DNA of 64,000 nt from Chitinophagales bacterium (GCA_023957245.1 JAMLHJ010000014.1:16248-80247), one strand, 5' to 3'; positions 46,182 through 57,449 are shown, counted from the first letter of the stretch. A program made the numbers and translations. Notes: generated from the letters alone by a model not told the origin.

Positions 46182-46700
46182 ATGGCAACAAAAATTCGTT
46201 TACAAAGACACGGTAAAAAGGGAAAACCTTTTTACAAAATCGTTGCTGCAGACAGCAGAGCGAAGAGAGATGGTAAATTCATCGAAATTTTAGGATCTTA
46301 CAATCCAACAACCGTACCTGCTACTATCGAGCTAGATGTGGATAGAGCTGTGTATTGGCTACAAACAGGTGCTGAACCTACTGACACTGTAAAATCTATT
46401 TTACAATTCAAAGGTGCTTTATACAAAAAGCATTTATTGAGAGGTGTTGCTAAAGAAGCTATGACTTTAGAAGAAGCTGAAGCTAAATTTGAAGCATGGA
46501 TTGCATCTAAAAACACTGTTATTGAATCTGCTCAAGAAAACGCTAAAAACAAAAAATTAGAGTTTTATAAAGCATCTGTTCAAGCTGGTAAAGAAAGAGC
46601 TGAAGCAAGAATCGCTGCAAAACAAGTTGTAGAGGAAGTTGCTGCTGAAGAGCCTGCTACTGAAGAAGCTGCTGAAGCTGAAGAAAACAGCGCAGAATAA
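46182..46700 (+). CDS. rpsP: 30S ribosomal protein S16 with an Ala/Glu/Lys-rich C-terminal extension
   Basis: [31 protein letters not shown]. 172 aa, about 90 aa longer than the core S16 fold. Confidence 0.95.
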   Translation: MATKIRLQRHGKKGKPFYKIVAADSRAKRDGKFIEILGSYNPTTVPATIELDVDRAVYWLQTGAEPTDTVKSILQFKGALYKKHLLRGVAKEAMTLEEAEAKFEAWIASKNTVIESAQENAKNKKLEFYKASVQAGKERAEARIAAKQVVEEVAAEEPATEEAAEAEENSAE

Positions 46701-46747
46701 AATAAAAAAATAACAAAAAAGTTCTTTGAAATTCTTTACTCGTCAAA

Positions 46748-47257
46748 ATGAGTGATTTATTGGTATCAATAGGCAGTATATATAAAGCTCATGGATTTAA
46801 AGGCATGATGAAAATCAGAGTTACACCTGAATATATGGATGATCTACTTCAATTAGATGCTATATTTATTCAGACTCAGACTAGTACATTGCCTTATTTC
46901 ATCAGCTCTATCGAAGATATTGCCGACGATATGGCACTCCTCCAACTGGAGGAAATTACCTCTAAAGAGGAAATCACTCCTTTAATCAAATGTCCTATTC
47001 TCGCAAGAGAAGAAGACCTCGAAGGTGAAGTGGAAGAATGGGAATCATTAGTTGGATATTTTATTTCCGATAAAAACATTGGAGAAATTGGAGAAATTTT
47101 CGATGTGATAGAAATGCCACATCAAGAAATAGCTCAAGTGAAATACCAAGATAGAGAAGTACTCATTCCTATTCATGAAGATTTGATTATTGAAATTGAC
47201 GAAGAAAAGAAGAAGATTTATATGGATTTACCAGAAGGTTTTTTTGAAGTATTCTAA
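46748..47257 (+). CDS. rimM: Ribosome maturation factor RimM
   Basis: 169 aa. IGSIYKAHGFKG start and PRC-barrel C-terminus. Position between rpsP and trmD. Confidence 0.85.
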   Translation: MSDLLVSIGSIYKAHGFKGMMKIRVTPEYMDDLLQLDAIFIQTQTSTLPYFISSIEDIADDMALLQLEEITSKEEITPLIKCPILAREEDLEGEVEEWESLVGYFISDKNIGEIGEIFDVIEMPHQEIAQVKYQDREVLIPIHEDLIIEIDEEKKKIYMDLPEGFFEVF

Positions 47258-47266
47258 ATAGACACT

Positions 47267-47953
47267 ATGCGTATAGATATTCTTTCAGCTGTTCCAGAGT
47301 TACTTAGTGGCCCATTTTCACATTCTATATTGAAAAGAGCTGCCAACAAAGGGATATTTGAAGTCTATGTGCATAATATCAGAGACTTTTCTACTCATCC
47401 TCATCAACAGATTGACGATTATCAATTTGGAGGAGGAGCAGGAATGGTGATGATGATAGAACCTATTTTGCGTTGTATAGAATCTCTCATTGCAGAAAGA
47501 AAATATGACGAAATAATATTTCTGACACCCGATGGTGAATTATTAAATCAAAGTATTGCGAACCAACTTTCATTGAAAGAAAACCTCATTTTAGTCTGTG
47601 GTCATTACAAAGGAATAGACGAAAGATTGAGAGAGCATGTGATTACCAAAGAAATATCTATTGGCAATTATGTTCTTTCAGGAGGTGAGCTTCCAGCAGC
47701 AGTATTAGTAGATAGTATTGTGAGATTAATACCTGGAGTGCTCAATGATGAGACATCAGCTTTGTCTGACTCCTTTCAAGATGATTTATTATCTGCCCCC
47801 GTCTATACAAGACCAGCAGATTATAATGGTTGGAAAGTTCCAGATATCCTTCTTAGCGGACATAAAGCTAAAATAGATACTTGGAGACATGAAAAAGCAA
47901 TAGAAAGAACTTTAGAAAGAAGACCTGAATTATTAAAAAACAAACAAAATTAA
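47267..47953 (+). CDS. trmD: tRNA (guanine37-N1)-methyltransferase
   Basis: 228 aa. SPOUT knot motifs [12 protein letters not shown] and [13 protein letters not shown]. Confidence 0.95.
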   Translation: MRIDILSAVPELLSGPFSHSILKRAANKGIFEVYVHNIRDFSTHPHQQIDDYQFGGGAGMVMMIEPILRCIESLIAERKYDEIIFLTPDGELLNQSIANQLSLKENLILVCGHYKGIDERLREHVITKEISIGNYVLSGGELPAAVLVDSIVRLIPGVLNDETSALSDSFQDDLLSAPVYTRPADYNGWKVPDILLSGHKAKIDTWRHEKAIERTLERRPELLKNKQN

Positions 47954-47980
47954 GGTACAAATAAATTATTTGATTTGTAA

Positions 47981-47988
47981 TAAATTTG
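47981..47988 (+). promoter_or_regulatory. Candidate internal -7 promoter box (TAAATTTG) for rplS
   Basis: Exact TAnnTTTG, 35 nt upstream of the rplS ATG, embedded in an inverted repeat (47955-47991). Confidence 0.35.
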
Positions 47989-48022
47989 TACTAACTTTGC
48001 ACACCGATTTAAAGATAGAGAA

Positions 48023-48373
48023 ATGGACATCATTAAAACTCTCGAAAAAGACCTCATACCAGAAAGATCTTTCCCTGACTTCAAAGCAGGAGACAATATT
48101 AGCGTTCACTACAGAATCATTGAAGGCGCAAAAGAGCGTATTCAGATTTTCCGTGGTGATGTCATCCAAAGAAAAGGCAGCGGTCTTACCCAAACTTTTA
48201 CAATTAGAAAAATTTCTAACGGCATTGGCGTTGAAAGAATTTTCCCTTTCTACTCTCCAAATATTGCAGAAGTAGAATTACACAAAAGAGGTAAAGTACG
48301 TCGTGCACGTATCTACTATCTACGTGACTTGAAAGGTAAAGCTGCTAGAATTAAAGAATTAAGAAAAGGGTAA
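48023..48373 (+). CDS. rplS: 50S ribosomal protein L19
   Basis: 116 aa. [16 protein letters not shown]...[10 protein letters not shown] is typical of L19. Confidence 0.95.
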   Translation: MDIIKTLEKDLIPERSFPDFKAGDNISVHYRIIEGAKERIQIFRGDVIQRKGSGLTQTFTIRKISNGIGVERIFPFYSPNIAEVELHKRGKVRRARIYYLRDLKGKAARIKELRKG

Positions 48374-48396
48374 TTCCTTTTATCTTATAAGTAAAA

Positions 48397-48428
48397 GAAG
48401 GCTGTCTAATTTAGGCAGCCTTTTTTAT
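48397..48428 (+). terminator. Rho-independent terminator after rplS
   Basis: aaggctg...cagcctt stem followed by tttttt. Confidence 0.7.
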
Positions 48429-48565
48429 TGGCATCTTCCAATCTATACAAAATTCCATTTCGTCTAAATTCATCCCAAAACCAAGTATCAATTAACTTTC
48501 TTAACAATTTTTAGAATGTCAAATGATTTATTTATCAGACTTTTGCAAAATATTATAATTTCTAT

Positions 48566-51022
48566 ATGCGCATTTTAGTTTTAGGTCTAATTACACTTTT
48601 AAATTTACACATCTTAGCTGCTCAAGCACCAACTGGAAGAGTTTTTGGTTCAGTACATGATGAATCTGACAAGACTCCTTTGGATTATGCTTCTGTTATT
48701 CTTAAAAATAAAAAAGACCAAACTTCAATTGGAGGTTTGACTGACGATAAAGGTAAGTTCAATATTGACCAAATTAAACCTGGAGTCTATACGCTTGAAG
48801 TTTCATACATTGGATATACCAGCTATATACAAGAAGAATTTAAAATCACCCCACCGAATTTATCTATCAATTTAGGAGAAATAAAACTCAAAAGCTCTGC
48901 CACTCAACTAGATGCAGTAGAAGTAGTTGCAGAGAAAAGCATGTTCCAATTGGGAGGAGAAAAGAAAATATTTAATGTGGACAAAAATGCTATTTCCGCA
49001 GGTGGCAATGCAGTAGATGCAATGAAGCAAATACCCACACTAGATGTAAGCATGGATGGAAATATCTCTTTGAGAGGTTCAGAAAATATCATGATTTATG
49101 TCAATGGCAGACCAACAGGTATGACCGCCGATAGTAAAAAAGCTATTTTAGAATCTCTTCCTGCTAATAGTATAGAAAGTATCGAAATTATTACCAATCC
49201 ATCTTCAAAATATGATGCTGATGGCTCAACTGGTATTATCAATATTGTTCTTAAAAAGAATTACAACAAAGGACTAAATGGCACTGTCAATGTTGGTTAC
49301 GGCACCAAGTTCAAGAACAATGCTGGAGTAATATTGAATTTTAAAAAAAATCGCATCAATTTCACTTCTGGATTTAATTACAGATTATATGAATCCTTTC
49401 ATAATGGAGATGATAATAGAAAAAATATTTTTGGGTCAGATATCAACTATTTTAAGCAATCTGATGAATCTACATTCAAAAATTATAGTGGTAACATCAA
49501 TCTAGGATTGGATATTGAAATTACCGACAAAGCGACCTTATCTTTTGGCAATATTATTACTGCCAATGGTGGACCTAATAATGGGATAGTTACAAATAAT
49601 TTTTCTGATGCTAATGATATTTTTTACGGTGGCTATGCTCGTACAAGTGAGGCTTCAAGAAAGGGTTATAATAACACAGCAAATATCAATTACTTTCAAA
49701 AATTAAAAAATCAAGGGCAGACTTTAAATACTTCTGTTTCTGTTGAAAGTGGTGCAGGTAGAAACCCTAAAGAATTTTTCCAAGTCAACTATGATGAGAA
49801 TAACTACCCTACAGATTTAGTACCAGCTAAAGATTTTAACAGAACAAACAACAACAATATCACAAGCATATTCCAAACAGACTACACGCATCCATTTAAA
49901 AAGCATGGAGAATTGGAAGCTGGTGCAAAAGTGACTTATAGAAGATTTCTTAATGATTTCTATGCAGACTCTTTAAATAGAGCCACACAAGAAACTATCA
50001 TTAATGAAGATGTCAGCAATGGATTTTTATATAATGAAGTTGTCAATGCTGCCTATGCTACTTTCGGAGGCAAATACAAAAACTTCAATTACAAATTGGG
50101 GGTCAGAACAGAGCAATCTAATATTATTATTGAAAACAATAAAGTTGAAGGAAAATTCACTAATCATTACGTTGATTTCTTTCCATCAGTATTTTTCAGC
50201 CAAAGACTTCCTAAAAATCACGAACTTCAACTATCATACACCTATAGAATCAACCGTCCCAATCCATGGATGCTCAATCCGTTTGCAGACTATGACAATC
50301 CTCTAAACATCCGTGTAGGAAATCCTTATTTAAAACCGGAATATATCAACTCAGTTGAATTGACTTATTTGAAAAACTGGAAATCTACATTCTTGACTTC
50401 AAGTGTTTATTATAGATACAAAAGCAATAGTTTTACCAGATTAAAAACTATCGACCCTGAAACTTCTGTTTCGACTACGTCATGGGACAATTTGGATATC
50501 ACTCAAAATACTGGAGCTGAAATTATATTTAGATCTCCTATTACCAAATGGTGGAATATCATGCTTAATGGTAATTTTTTCTATAATACTAGTAAAGGAA
50601 AAATACCAGGAGAAGAGCAGGACAATAGTGTAGATAATTTCCAGTGGAATGGTCGTGCAATGACAGGTTTTAAGTTTTGGAAAACAGCCGAATTCCAACT
50701 ATCTTATCGCTATAATAGCAAAATGGTCTATATCCAAGGATATATTAAACCTATGCACAGTTTAGATATTGGGCTTAAAAAGGACTTCCTAAAAAACAAT
50801 AAAGCTACAATATCACTTAACGCTCAAGACATCTTTAACACAAGAAAGTTTTTTGTACATAGCAGTGGAGCAAACTTTGAATCTGATGTAACAAGAAAAT
50901 GGCAGTCTAGAGTGTTCACTATCAATTTCTCTTATAAGTTTGGTAAACCACAATCTGGCACGACACCTAAGAGAAAAAATGATAATCAAATGAACGACAG
51001 TAATCAAATGATGGATTTTTAG
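48566..51022 (+). CDS. TonB-dependent-receptor-like outer-membrane beta-barrel with an N-terminal carboxypeptidase-regulatory-like domain
   Basis: 818 aa. Signal peptide. GRVFGSV...GVYTLEVSYIGY (CarboxypepD_reg). Plug-like block DAMKQIPTLDV...ISLRGSENIMIYVNGRP. Confidence 0.75.
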   Translation: MRILVLGLITLLNLHILAAQAPTGRVFGSVHDESDKTPLDYASVILKNKKDQTSIGGLTDDKGKFNIDQIKPGVYTLEVSYIGYTSYIQEEFKITPPNLSINLGEIKLKSSATQLDAVEVVAEKSMFQLGGEKKIFNVDKNAISAGGNAVDAMKQIPTLDVSMDGNISLRGSENIMIYVNGRPTGMTADSKKAILESLPANSIESIEIITNPSSKYDADGSTGIINIVLKKNYNKGLNGTVNVGYGTKFKNNAGVILNFKKNRINFTSGFNYRLYESFHNGDDNRKNIFGSDINYFKQSDESTFKNYSGNINLGLDIEITDKATLSFGNIITANGGPNNGIVTNNFSDANDIFYGGYARTSEASRKGYNNTANINYFQKLKNQGQTLNTSVSVESGAGRNPKEFFQVNYDENNYPTDLVPAKDFNRTNNNNITSIFQTDYTHPFKKHGELEAGAKVTYRRFLNDFYADSLNRATQETIINEDVSNGFLYNEVVNAAYATFGGKYKNFNYKLGVRTEQSNIIIENNKVEGKFTNHYVDFFPSVFFSQRLPKNHELQLSYTYRINRPNPWMLNPFADYDNPLNIRVGNPYLKPEYINSVELTYLKNWKSTFLTSSVYYRYKSNSFTRLKTIDPETSVSTTSWDNLDITQNTGAEIIFRSPITKWWNIMLNGNFFYNTSKGKIPGEEQDNSVDNFQWNGRAMTGFKFWKTAEFQLSYRYNSKMVYIQGYIKPMHSLDIGLKKDFLKNNKATISLNAQDIFNTRKFFVHSSGANFESDVTRKWQSRVFTINFSYKFGKPQSGTTPKRKNDNQMNDSNQMMDF

Positions 51023-51179
51023 AATAATTGACTCTGAAAAACCTTTTTACTGCTATTCCTTTTGGGAAACAAACAGCTTGTTATGCTTTAAAATAGATGT
51101 AATAAAAAATCTAGTAAAAAGCAGATAGAAATATCCTTTGAATATTGAAGAATATAAAGTTTCTTCCTTACATTTGAAT

Positions 51180-52112
51180 ATGGCTGATATTGCATTTTTT
51201 ATCAACAAAAACATAAAAAAATGGGAGAAGACGGTATTTGATATCAAAGAAGTCTTTTCAGATTTTAATATTGGCTTTTTCTACACAGAATATTCAGGAC
51301 ATTTACCCGATTTAGTTCAATCTGCTATTCAACAAGGTTATCATAGCCTTATTGTATCTGGAGGAGATGGGTCCATCAATGAGCTACTTAATGGCTTGAT
51401 AGGAGCTTATTCAGATTCATCAAGAACAGATTGGGATAAAATAGCAGAACATACGTTGGGGATTATCCCTTCTGGCACAGGCAATGACTTTTGCAAATCG
51501 CTGAAATGCCCTATGGATTTGACTGGCCTAAAAGAGAAAATCAATCAACAAAAAAGAAAGTTGATTGATATTGGGTTAGCTGAATTTAAAGATAAAAATC
51601 AATTGGATTCCAAAAGATATTATGTCAATATCACAGATGTAGGTATGGGTGGAGATGTCGTAGCCAAACTTGAAAAAGAACGAAAAGTATTGCCCAAAGC
51701 ATTGAGATATCAGACTGTTATTCTGAAGACTTTTTTCACTTATCAAAAATCACAAGTTAAAATCACAAGTGGAGATTTTAGTTTTGAGGGAAAAATCATG
51801 AATGTAGTAGTAGCCAATGGCAAATATTTTGGCAATGGATTGGGCGTTGCTCCTACTGCCGAGCTACAAGATGGACTCATGGATATCGTCGTACTTGGAG
51901 ATTTGGGAATATGGGATTATTTGACACATTTGGGACAAGTAAAAAACTGCGAAGTATTGAATCATCGACATGTCAAATATCACAAATCCAAAGAAGTAGT
52001 GATTACATCTTCCGACAATAGGCAATTGCCTGTCGATATGGATGGGGAATTTATTGGTTATGCACCTTTAAAAATTATTAACTTATCTCAACGGATATAC
52101 TTTTACAGCTAA
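51180..52112 (+). CDS. Diacylglycerol kinase-family lipid kinase (YegS/BmrU-like)
   Basis: Start placed at MADIAFFINK. GGDGSINE and IPSGTGNDF motifs. Confidence 0.8.
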   Translation: MADIAFFINKNIKKWEKTVFDIKEVFSDFNIGFFYTEYSGHLPDLVQSAIQQGYHSLIVSGGDGSINELLNGLIGAYSDSSRTDWDKIAEHTLGIIPSGTGNDFCKSLKCPMDLTGLKEKINQQKRKLIDIGLAEFKDKNQLDSKRYYVNITDVGMGGDVVAKLEKERKVLPKALRYQTVILKTFFTYQKSQVKITSGDFSFEGKIMNVVVANGKYFGNGLGVAPTAELQDGLMDIVVLGDLGIWDYLTHLGQVKNCEVLNHRHVKYHKSKEVVITSSDNRQLPVDMDGEFIGYAPLKIINLSQRIYFYS

Positions 52113-52139
52113 AAGTCTGTAAATTGTTACCCAACAATT

Positions 52140-53786
52140 ATGAGCAATCAATTTAGTAGAAGTTTTTGGTTTCCATTAGTATTTGCAATTATTCTTTCTA
52201 GTGGAATCTATTTAGGTTATAATATACAAGAATCTAGATCATTTTATCGTCATCTCACTCCAGGAAAAAACTCCAATCCAATTGAAGAAACGCTGAAACT
52301 CATTCAGGCCAATTATGTCGAAGATCCTGAACTGAATAAAAATTATGACCAGATTATCGAAGGTATTTTAAGCGATTTGGATCCTCACTCCTACTTTATC
52401 CCTGCCAAAGATATGCAAAGTGTCAATGAGGAAATGGCTGGCAATTTTGAAGGTATAGGTATTGAATTTTTCATTGTAAATGATACAATACAAGTTGTAA
52501 CACCTATTCCCGGAGGGCCATCAGCCCAATTGGGTGTTCTTTCTGGTGACCGAATTATCAAAGTCAATGACACATTAGTAGCTGGTGTAGGTATTAGTAA
52601 TGAGAATGTTGTAAAAAAATTAAAAGGCCCGAAAGGCACAAAAGTAAAAGTAGGTATTCAACGAAATGGGCAAAAAGAATTGATTGACTTCACAATTCAA
52701 AGAGATAAAATTCCATTATATAGTATTGATGCAAATTTCAAAATTGATGCAAATACTGGATATATCAAGATAGGTAGATTTAGTGGACAGACTTATAACG
52801 AATTCAAAGAAAAACTAACTGCTTTAAAAGAGCAAAACATCAATCAGCTTATCATTGACTTACGACAAAACCCAGGTGGATTTTTGGAAGAAGCAGTACA
52901 AATTATTAGTGAGTTTTTAGGTGACAAAGATGAAATCGTATATATCGAAGGGCGCAATGTTCCTAAAGAATCTTATAAATCTTTAAGTGGCGGTAGTTTT
53001 CTCAAAGGGAAAGTTGCAGTTTTAATAGATGAAGGTTCTGCATCTGCAAGTGAAATTTTAGCTGGAGCCATTCAAGATTGGGATAGAGGAGTTATTATCG
53101 GAAGAAGATCATTTGGGAAAGGGCTTGTTCAACAACAATTTCCGCTTTCCAACGGTTCCGCTATCAGGCTGACTATTGCCAAATACTATACTCCTTGTGG
53201 TAGATCTATCCAGCGACCTTATGTAAAAGGACATGGCGAAGAATACAATCATGAAATAGAAGACAGATATACCAATGGAGAATTATTTACAGCAGATGAC
53301 AACCTAGCATTAGCACAGCAAGACACTGCCAATGAATATTTCACTAAAGTCCTTCATCGCCCAGTCTTTGGAGGAGGAGGAATAGCTCCAGATCATTTCA
53401 TACCTTTTGACACTTCATATATCAATGCATTCAGCATGCAAGTATTTGCCGGAGGATGGGTACAAGAATTTATTTACGATTATTTCAATAAACACACTTC
53501 CCAACTGAATCAATATAAATCCTTTGAACAATTTGAAAATCAATTTCAAATCTCCAATGAACTGTATCAAAATTTTATATCTTTTTGTATTCAGACTAAA
53601 AAAGCTCAAAAGGCTCATCTAGCCAATGACCGTGTGAAAAAAGAAATTATTTTCAGATTGAAAGTTGCACTTGCCAAACAATTATTTAATTCAAATGGAG
53701 CTAATTATGTCATTACAAAACATGATGAAGCTGTCAAAAAAGCAATAGAAGTTTTTAACTCCAAGAGTTATCCTTTTAGTAAATAA
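52140..53786 (+). CDS. S41-family carboxy-terminal processing peptidase
   Basis: 548 aa. N-terminal TM anchor, PDZ (GGPSAQLGVLSGDRIIKVND), catalytic DEGSASASE and GKG...Q blocks. Confidence 0.88.
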   Translation: MSNQFSRSFWFPLVFAIILSSGIYLGYNIQESRSFYRHLTPGKNSNPIEETLKLIQANYVEDPELNKNYDQIIEGILSDLDPHSYFIPAKDMQSVNEEMAGNFEGIGIEFFIVNDTIQVVTPIPGGPSAQLGVLSGDRIIKVNDTLVAGVGISNENVVKKLKGPKGTKVKVGIQRNGQKELIDFTIQRDKIPLYSIDANFKIDANTGYIKIGRFSGQTYNEFKEKLTALKEQNINQLIIDLRQNPGGFLEEAVQIISEFLGDKDEIVYIEGRNVPKESYKSLSGGSFLKGKVAVLIDEGSASASEILAGAIQDWDRGVIIGRRSFGKGLVQQQFPLSNGSAIRLTIAKYYTPCGRSIQRPYVKGHGEEYNHEIEDRYTNGELFTADDNLALAQQDTANEYFTKVLHRPVFGGGGIAPDHFIPFDTSYINAFSMQVFAGGWVQEFIYDYFNKHTSQLNQYKSFEQFENQFQISNELYQNFISFCIQTKKAQKAHLANDRVKKEIIFRLKVALAKQLFNSNGANYVITKHDEAVKKAIEVFNSKSYPFSK

Positions 53787-53809
53787 TATCTTTTCATTTA
53801 ATTACAACT

Positions 53810-54556
53810 ATGTTTTCAGGACATAAAACGGCGTTTAAAGTTCATCAACATAATTTACAACTAGCTACCTTTCTTTCTTTTGTGGCAGGGATGGTTAATG
53901 TGGGAAGTATCTTGAGCATTCAGAGGTTCACTACCAATGTAACAGGGCATTTTGCTGTATTTATTGAAGAGCTATTAAGACCAGATTACACATTAGCCGT
54001 TACATTTTCATTATTCGTATTGTGCTTCTTTCTAGGTTCATTCTCTTCCAATTTAATGGTAGAAATCATTAAAAGATATAATTTCACCTATCAATATACG
54101 CTTCCTGTAGTCATTGAAACAATACTCGTATTTATCGCTGGCTCTGCTTATACCTTCTACACACCTTCCAATCCTGATTATATTGGATTTATCTTATTAT
54201 ACGCCATGGGGCTTCAAAATTCCTTAGTCACTAAGGTGTCCAAATCAGTAGTTCGAACAAGCCACTTAACAGGCTTATTTACAGATTTGGGTATAGAGGT
54301 TTCCAATTTATTTTTCATCAAGAATAAATATAGACGAACAAAAATCAAACTCTCTATTCAATTACGACTTCGAATTATCATCTGCTTTTTCTTAGGTGGA
54401 TTGACATGTGGAATAATATACAGTCACTTACAACTCAAAACATTATGGATAGCTTCTACTATCTTGGTGGTCACAATTATTTTTGATGTTATAAAGAAAA
54501 GAGTTTTCAAATTCAAACAATGGGTTAGCACCCAAACCAAAAAGATAGAATTTTAA
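53810..54556 (+). CDS. DUF1275/YoaK-family membrane protein
   Basis: 248 aa, about 6 TM segments. FVAGMVNVGS and TGHFA motifs. Confidence 0.65.
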   Translation: MFSGHKTAFKVHQHNLQLATFLSFVAGMVNVGSILSIQRFTTNVTGHFAVFIEELLRPDYTLAVTFSLFVLCFFLGSFSSNLMVEIIKRYNFTYQYTLPVVIETILVFIAGSAYTFYTPSNPDYIGFILLYAMGLQNSLVTKVSKSVVRTSHLTGLFTDLGIEVSNLFFIKNKYRRTKIKLSIQLRLRIIICFFLGGLTCGIIYSHLQLKTLWIASTILVVTIIFDVIKKRVFKFKQWVSTQTKKIEF

Positions 54557-54561
54557 AAGCA

Positions 54562-54598
54562 ATAATTTTCCTCGTACTGTTGCCAACAGAAAATTATC
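54562..54598 (+). terminator. Hairpin after the YoaK-like gene
   Basis: ataattttc / gaaaattat 9-bp arms with a T-rich downstream sequence. Confidence 0.4.
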
Positions 54599-54739
54599 AA
54601 TTTATTTACTATCCTAATTTTGAGAAAGAATCAATTGATATATTTCAATTTTAGTTATTCTGATGACAAATCTTATTTGAGAATAGAATAATAGTACGTA
54701 AAATCTTATAACTTAGCTTAATATTCTATCATTTTCAAT

Positions 54740-56404
54740 ATGCTTGAACCCGTCATTCCAAATATTCAAGATTGGCCGATAGCCAGAATTGCCAGACATC
54801 AAGATGAAATCATTGAAGATGTTTCTGAAGAAAGTTTGAGTCAAATCATCCATCTTTCTGAGCACTCAAAAAGTATCAGAGACCTTATTGCTCAAGCTGT
54901 ATATTTAGAGAGAATAAGAATAAAAGATGATTCATGGGATGTCGATCCAGAAGATGAGCCTGATTTTTGGGCTAAAATTAAAAAGCGATTAAGTAGTTAC
55001 GACCCTATTTTAACGGATAAGAATGAAGTTGTTAAAATAGAAAATGACCTTTTAAAGAAAATTGTAAAAAGATACACAGAAGAAATCATTGGCAACTTTG
55101 ACCCCAAGCTATATTGGTTTGCACAACAGACACTTCCTATTTTCTTCGGCAGATTACTCAGTGCATCAAATGGAGGAATAAAATCTCTATTCAAACCCAA
55201 AATGGCTCTCAAAGACCGTTTATTTCTAACTGGTCCTATTGAAAAAATTCGGCAACTTTCCACTAAAGGAACTGTCATTTTAGTACCCACTCACTTTAGC
55301 AATCTTGACTCCATCATCATTGGATATGGAATGACGACTATCGGTTTGCCAGCGTTTCAATATGGAGCAGGTCTCAATTTATTCAATAGTAGAATATTGG
55401 GTTATTTCATGGGCAATCTAGGTGCATATAAATTAGATAGACGTAAAAAAAATCTGATTTATATTGAAACTCTGAAAGCTTACTCCAGAATCAATGTCTA
55501 TAAAGGAGCTCATACTATTTTCTTTCCAGGAGGCACACGTTCCAGAGCTGGGAATATTGAAAAAGATTTAAAACTAGGATTAGTAGGTACAGTTATCGAA
55601 GCTCAGAGGATGCACTTTGAAAAAGAAGACAACAATAGTGCCCACAAAATATTTATTTTGCCACTTACTGTAAGTTATCATTTTGTCTTGGAAGCCTCAT
55701 CGCTTATCTCAGAACATCTTAAAAGGACAGGCAAAGAACAATTTATCATATCAGACGACCCTTTCCAAAGTGCTAGGGCAATATTTAAGTTTTTCTGGGA
55801 GTTATTCTCTGCTTCTTCAGATATTACACTTTCATTCAGTGAGCCGATGGATATTTTCGGTAATCAAGTAGATGATGATGGCAATAGCATCGATAAGTTT
55901 GGAAATAAAATCGATATCAAGAACTATTTTTCTATCAATGGGAAAATCACCAAAGACCCTCAACGAGAACAAGTTTATACAAAAATGCTAGGAGATAAAA
56001 TCTTAGAGAAGTTCATGACTGCCAATACTGTATATTCTTCACACATGGTGGCTTTTGTCGCATTTGAAATATTGAAAAAGAAATTTAAAGATACAGACAT
56101 ATTTACCATATTACGTTTACCAGAAGAAGATCGAGAAATAGCTTGGGATGATTTTGTATTCACTTGTAATAGAGTACGTGATGAGCTATATCATCTCAAC
56201 AATCATAATAAGGTCAAACTAGCTCCACACATGACATTAGAAATGGAAGATATCATTGAGCATGGTATTCGCAACGTAGGATTGTATCACACACTAAATC
56301 CCATCTTCCGGACTAAAGAAGGAAATATTTCTAGTGAAGATTTGAAGCTATTATATTTTTATCACAATAGATTAGAAGGCTATGGATTACAAAAATGTAT
56401 CTAA
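54740..56404 (+). CDS. PlsB-like glycerol-3-phosphate / lysophospholipid acyltransferase
   Basis: 554 aa. Acyltransferase HX4D motif (THFSNLDS) and FFPGGTRSR block. Overlaps gpsA by 23 nt. Confidence 0.7.
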   Translation: MLEPVIPNIQDWPIARIARHQDEIIEDVSEESLSQIIHLSEHSKSIRDLIAQAVYLERIRIKDDSWDVDPEDEPDFWAKIKKRLSSYDPILTDKNEVVKIENDLLKKIVKRYTEEIIGNFDPKLYWFAQQTLPIFFGRLLSASNGGIKSLFKPKMALKDRLFLTGPIEKIRQLSTKGTVILVPTHFSNLDSIIIGYGMTTIGLPAFQYGAGLNLFNSRILGYFMGNLGAYKLDRRKKNLIYIETLKAYSRINVYKGAHTIFFPGGTRSRAGNIEKDLKLGLVGTVIEAQRMHFEKEDNNSAHKIFILPLTVSYHFVLEASSLISEHLKRTGKEQFIISDDPFQSARAIFKFFWELFSASSDITLSFSEPMDIFGNQVDDDGNSIDKFGNKIDIKNYFSINGKITKDPQREQVYTKMLGDKILEKFMTANTVYSSHMVAFVAFEILKKKFKDTDIFTILRLPEEDREIAWDDFVFTCNRVRDELYHLNNHNKVKLAPHMTLEMEDIIEHGIRNVGLYHTLNPIFRTKEGNISSEDLKLLYFYHNRLEGYGLQKCI

Positions 56405-57443
56405 AAAAACGCCTGTCGGAGTCATAGGTGCTGGAAGCTTCGGTACTGCAGTTGCAAATTTATTAGCAGAGAACAATTCTGTTATCTTATATTCTAGAAG
56501 AGCAGATCGTGCAGAGGAAATCAATAAATCAAAAACCAGCTCAGGACAATCTATACATCCTCGGATTATAGCCACCAATGATATTGAATATATCTGTAAA
56601 GAGTGTTATTTAATTTTTCCGAGTATTCCATCTCAAGGATTTAGAGAAATGCTTAGAGATTTTGCACCATTTCTAAGACCAGACCACATTCTCGTCCATA
56701 CAACAAAAGGGCTAGATGTCAATCTGAAAACGTCTGAAAATATTTTTGATAAAGAACTTTCATTTGAACCATCGGAAATATTAACGATGAGTCAAGTCAT
56801 TTTACAGGAAACAAATGTCAAGCGAGTAGGCTGTATGTCTGGACCTAATCTTGCAAAAGAATTAGCACAACATCAACCAGCTGCGACTGTAATTGCCAGT
56901 CGATTTGATGAGGTGATTGATGAAGCTAAAAGAGCTATCAAAAGCCCAAGGTTTCAAGTATATGCTAGTCATGATATATTTGGAGTAGAACTAGCGGGTG
57001 TCTTAAAAAACACAATGGCTATTGCCGCTGGAATACTGAATGGCATGGGCTACGGTCAAAATACTATGGCATTTATGCTTTCTAGAGGTATTCGAGAAAT
57101 GATAATTATTGGTACTGCTTTGGGAGCAGAAAGGTCAGCGTTCTTGGGATTAGCTGGCATAGGAGACCTCATCGCAACAGCATCTTCTCCATTAAGTCGC
57201 AATTACACAGTAGGATACAGATTGGCACAAGGAGAATCTTTAGATTATATCATATCTACTTCATCAGAGGTAGCTGAAGGATTGAGGACAGTAAATATTT
57301 GCAATCATATCAGTAATAAATTGCGATTAGATACACCAATTATCAAAACGGCATATAGTGTCTTATTTGAAGAAATGGAACTATCTGAAGCACTCAATTA
57401 TTTAATGAGTTACCAAAGCAAAAAAGATGTAGATTACGTCTAA
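56382..57443 (+). CDS. gpsA: NAD(P)H-dependent glycerol-3-phosphate dehydrogenase
   Basis: 353 aa. Rossmann GAGSFGTA and the GVLKN, GLAGIGDL motifs. Confidence 0.9.
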   Translation: MDYKNVSKKTPVGVIGAGSFGTAVANLLAENNSVILYSRRADRAEEINKSKTSSGQSIHPRIIATNDIEYICKECYLIFPSIPSQGFREMLRDFAPFLRPDHILVHTTKGLDVNLKTSENIFDKELSFEPSEILTMSQVILQETNVKRVGCMSGPNLAKELAQHQPAATVIASRFDEVIDEAKRAIKSPRFQVYASHDIFGVELAGVLKNTMAIAAGILNGMGYGQNTMAFMLSRGIREMIIIGTALGAERSAFLGLAGIGDLIATASSPLSRNYTVGYRLAQGESLDYIISTSSEVAEGLRTVNICNHISNKLRLDTPIIKTAYSVLFEEMELSEALNYLMSYQSKKDVDYV

Positions 57444-57449
57444 CTCAAT

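Noticed and set aside
46072-46293. 73-aa ORF upstream of and overlapping rpsP; also the ORFs 47966-48193 (minus) and 47970-48275 (plus) overlapping rplS.
   Set aside because: They overlap highly conserved ribosomal protein genes in other frames and have no recognisable motifs.
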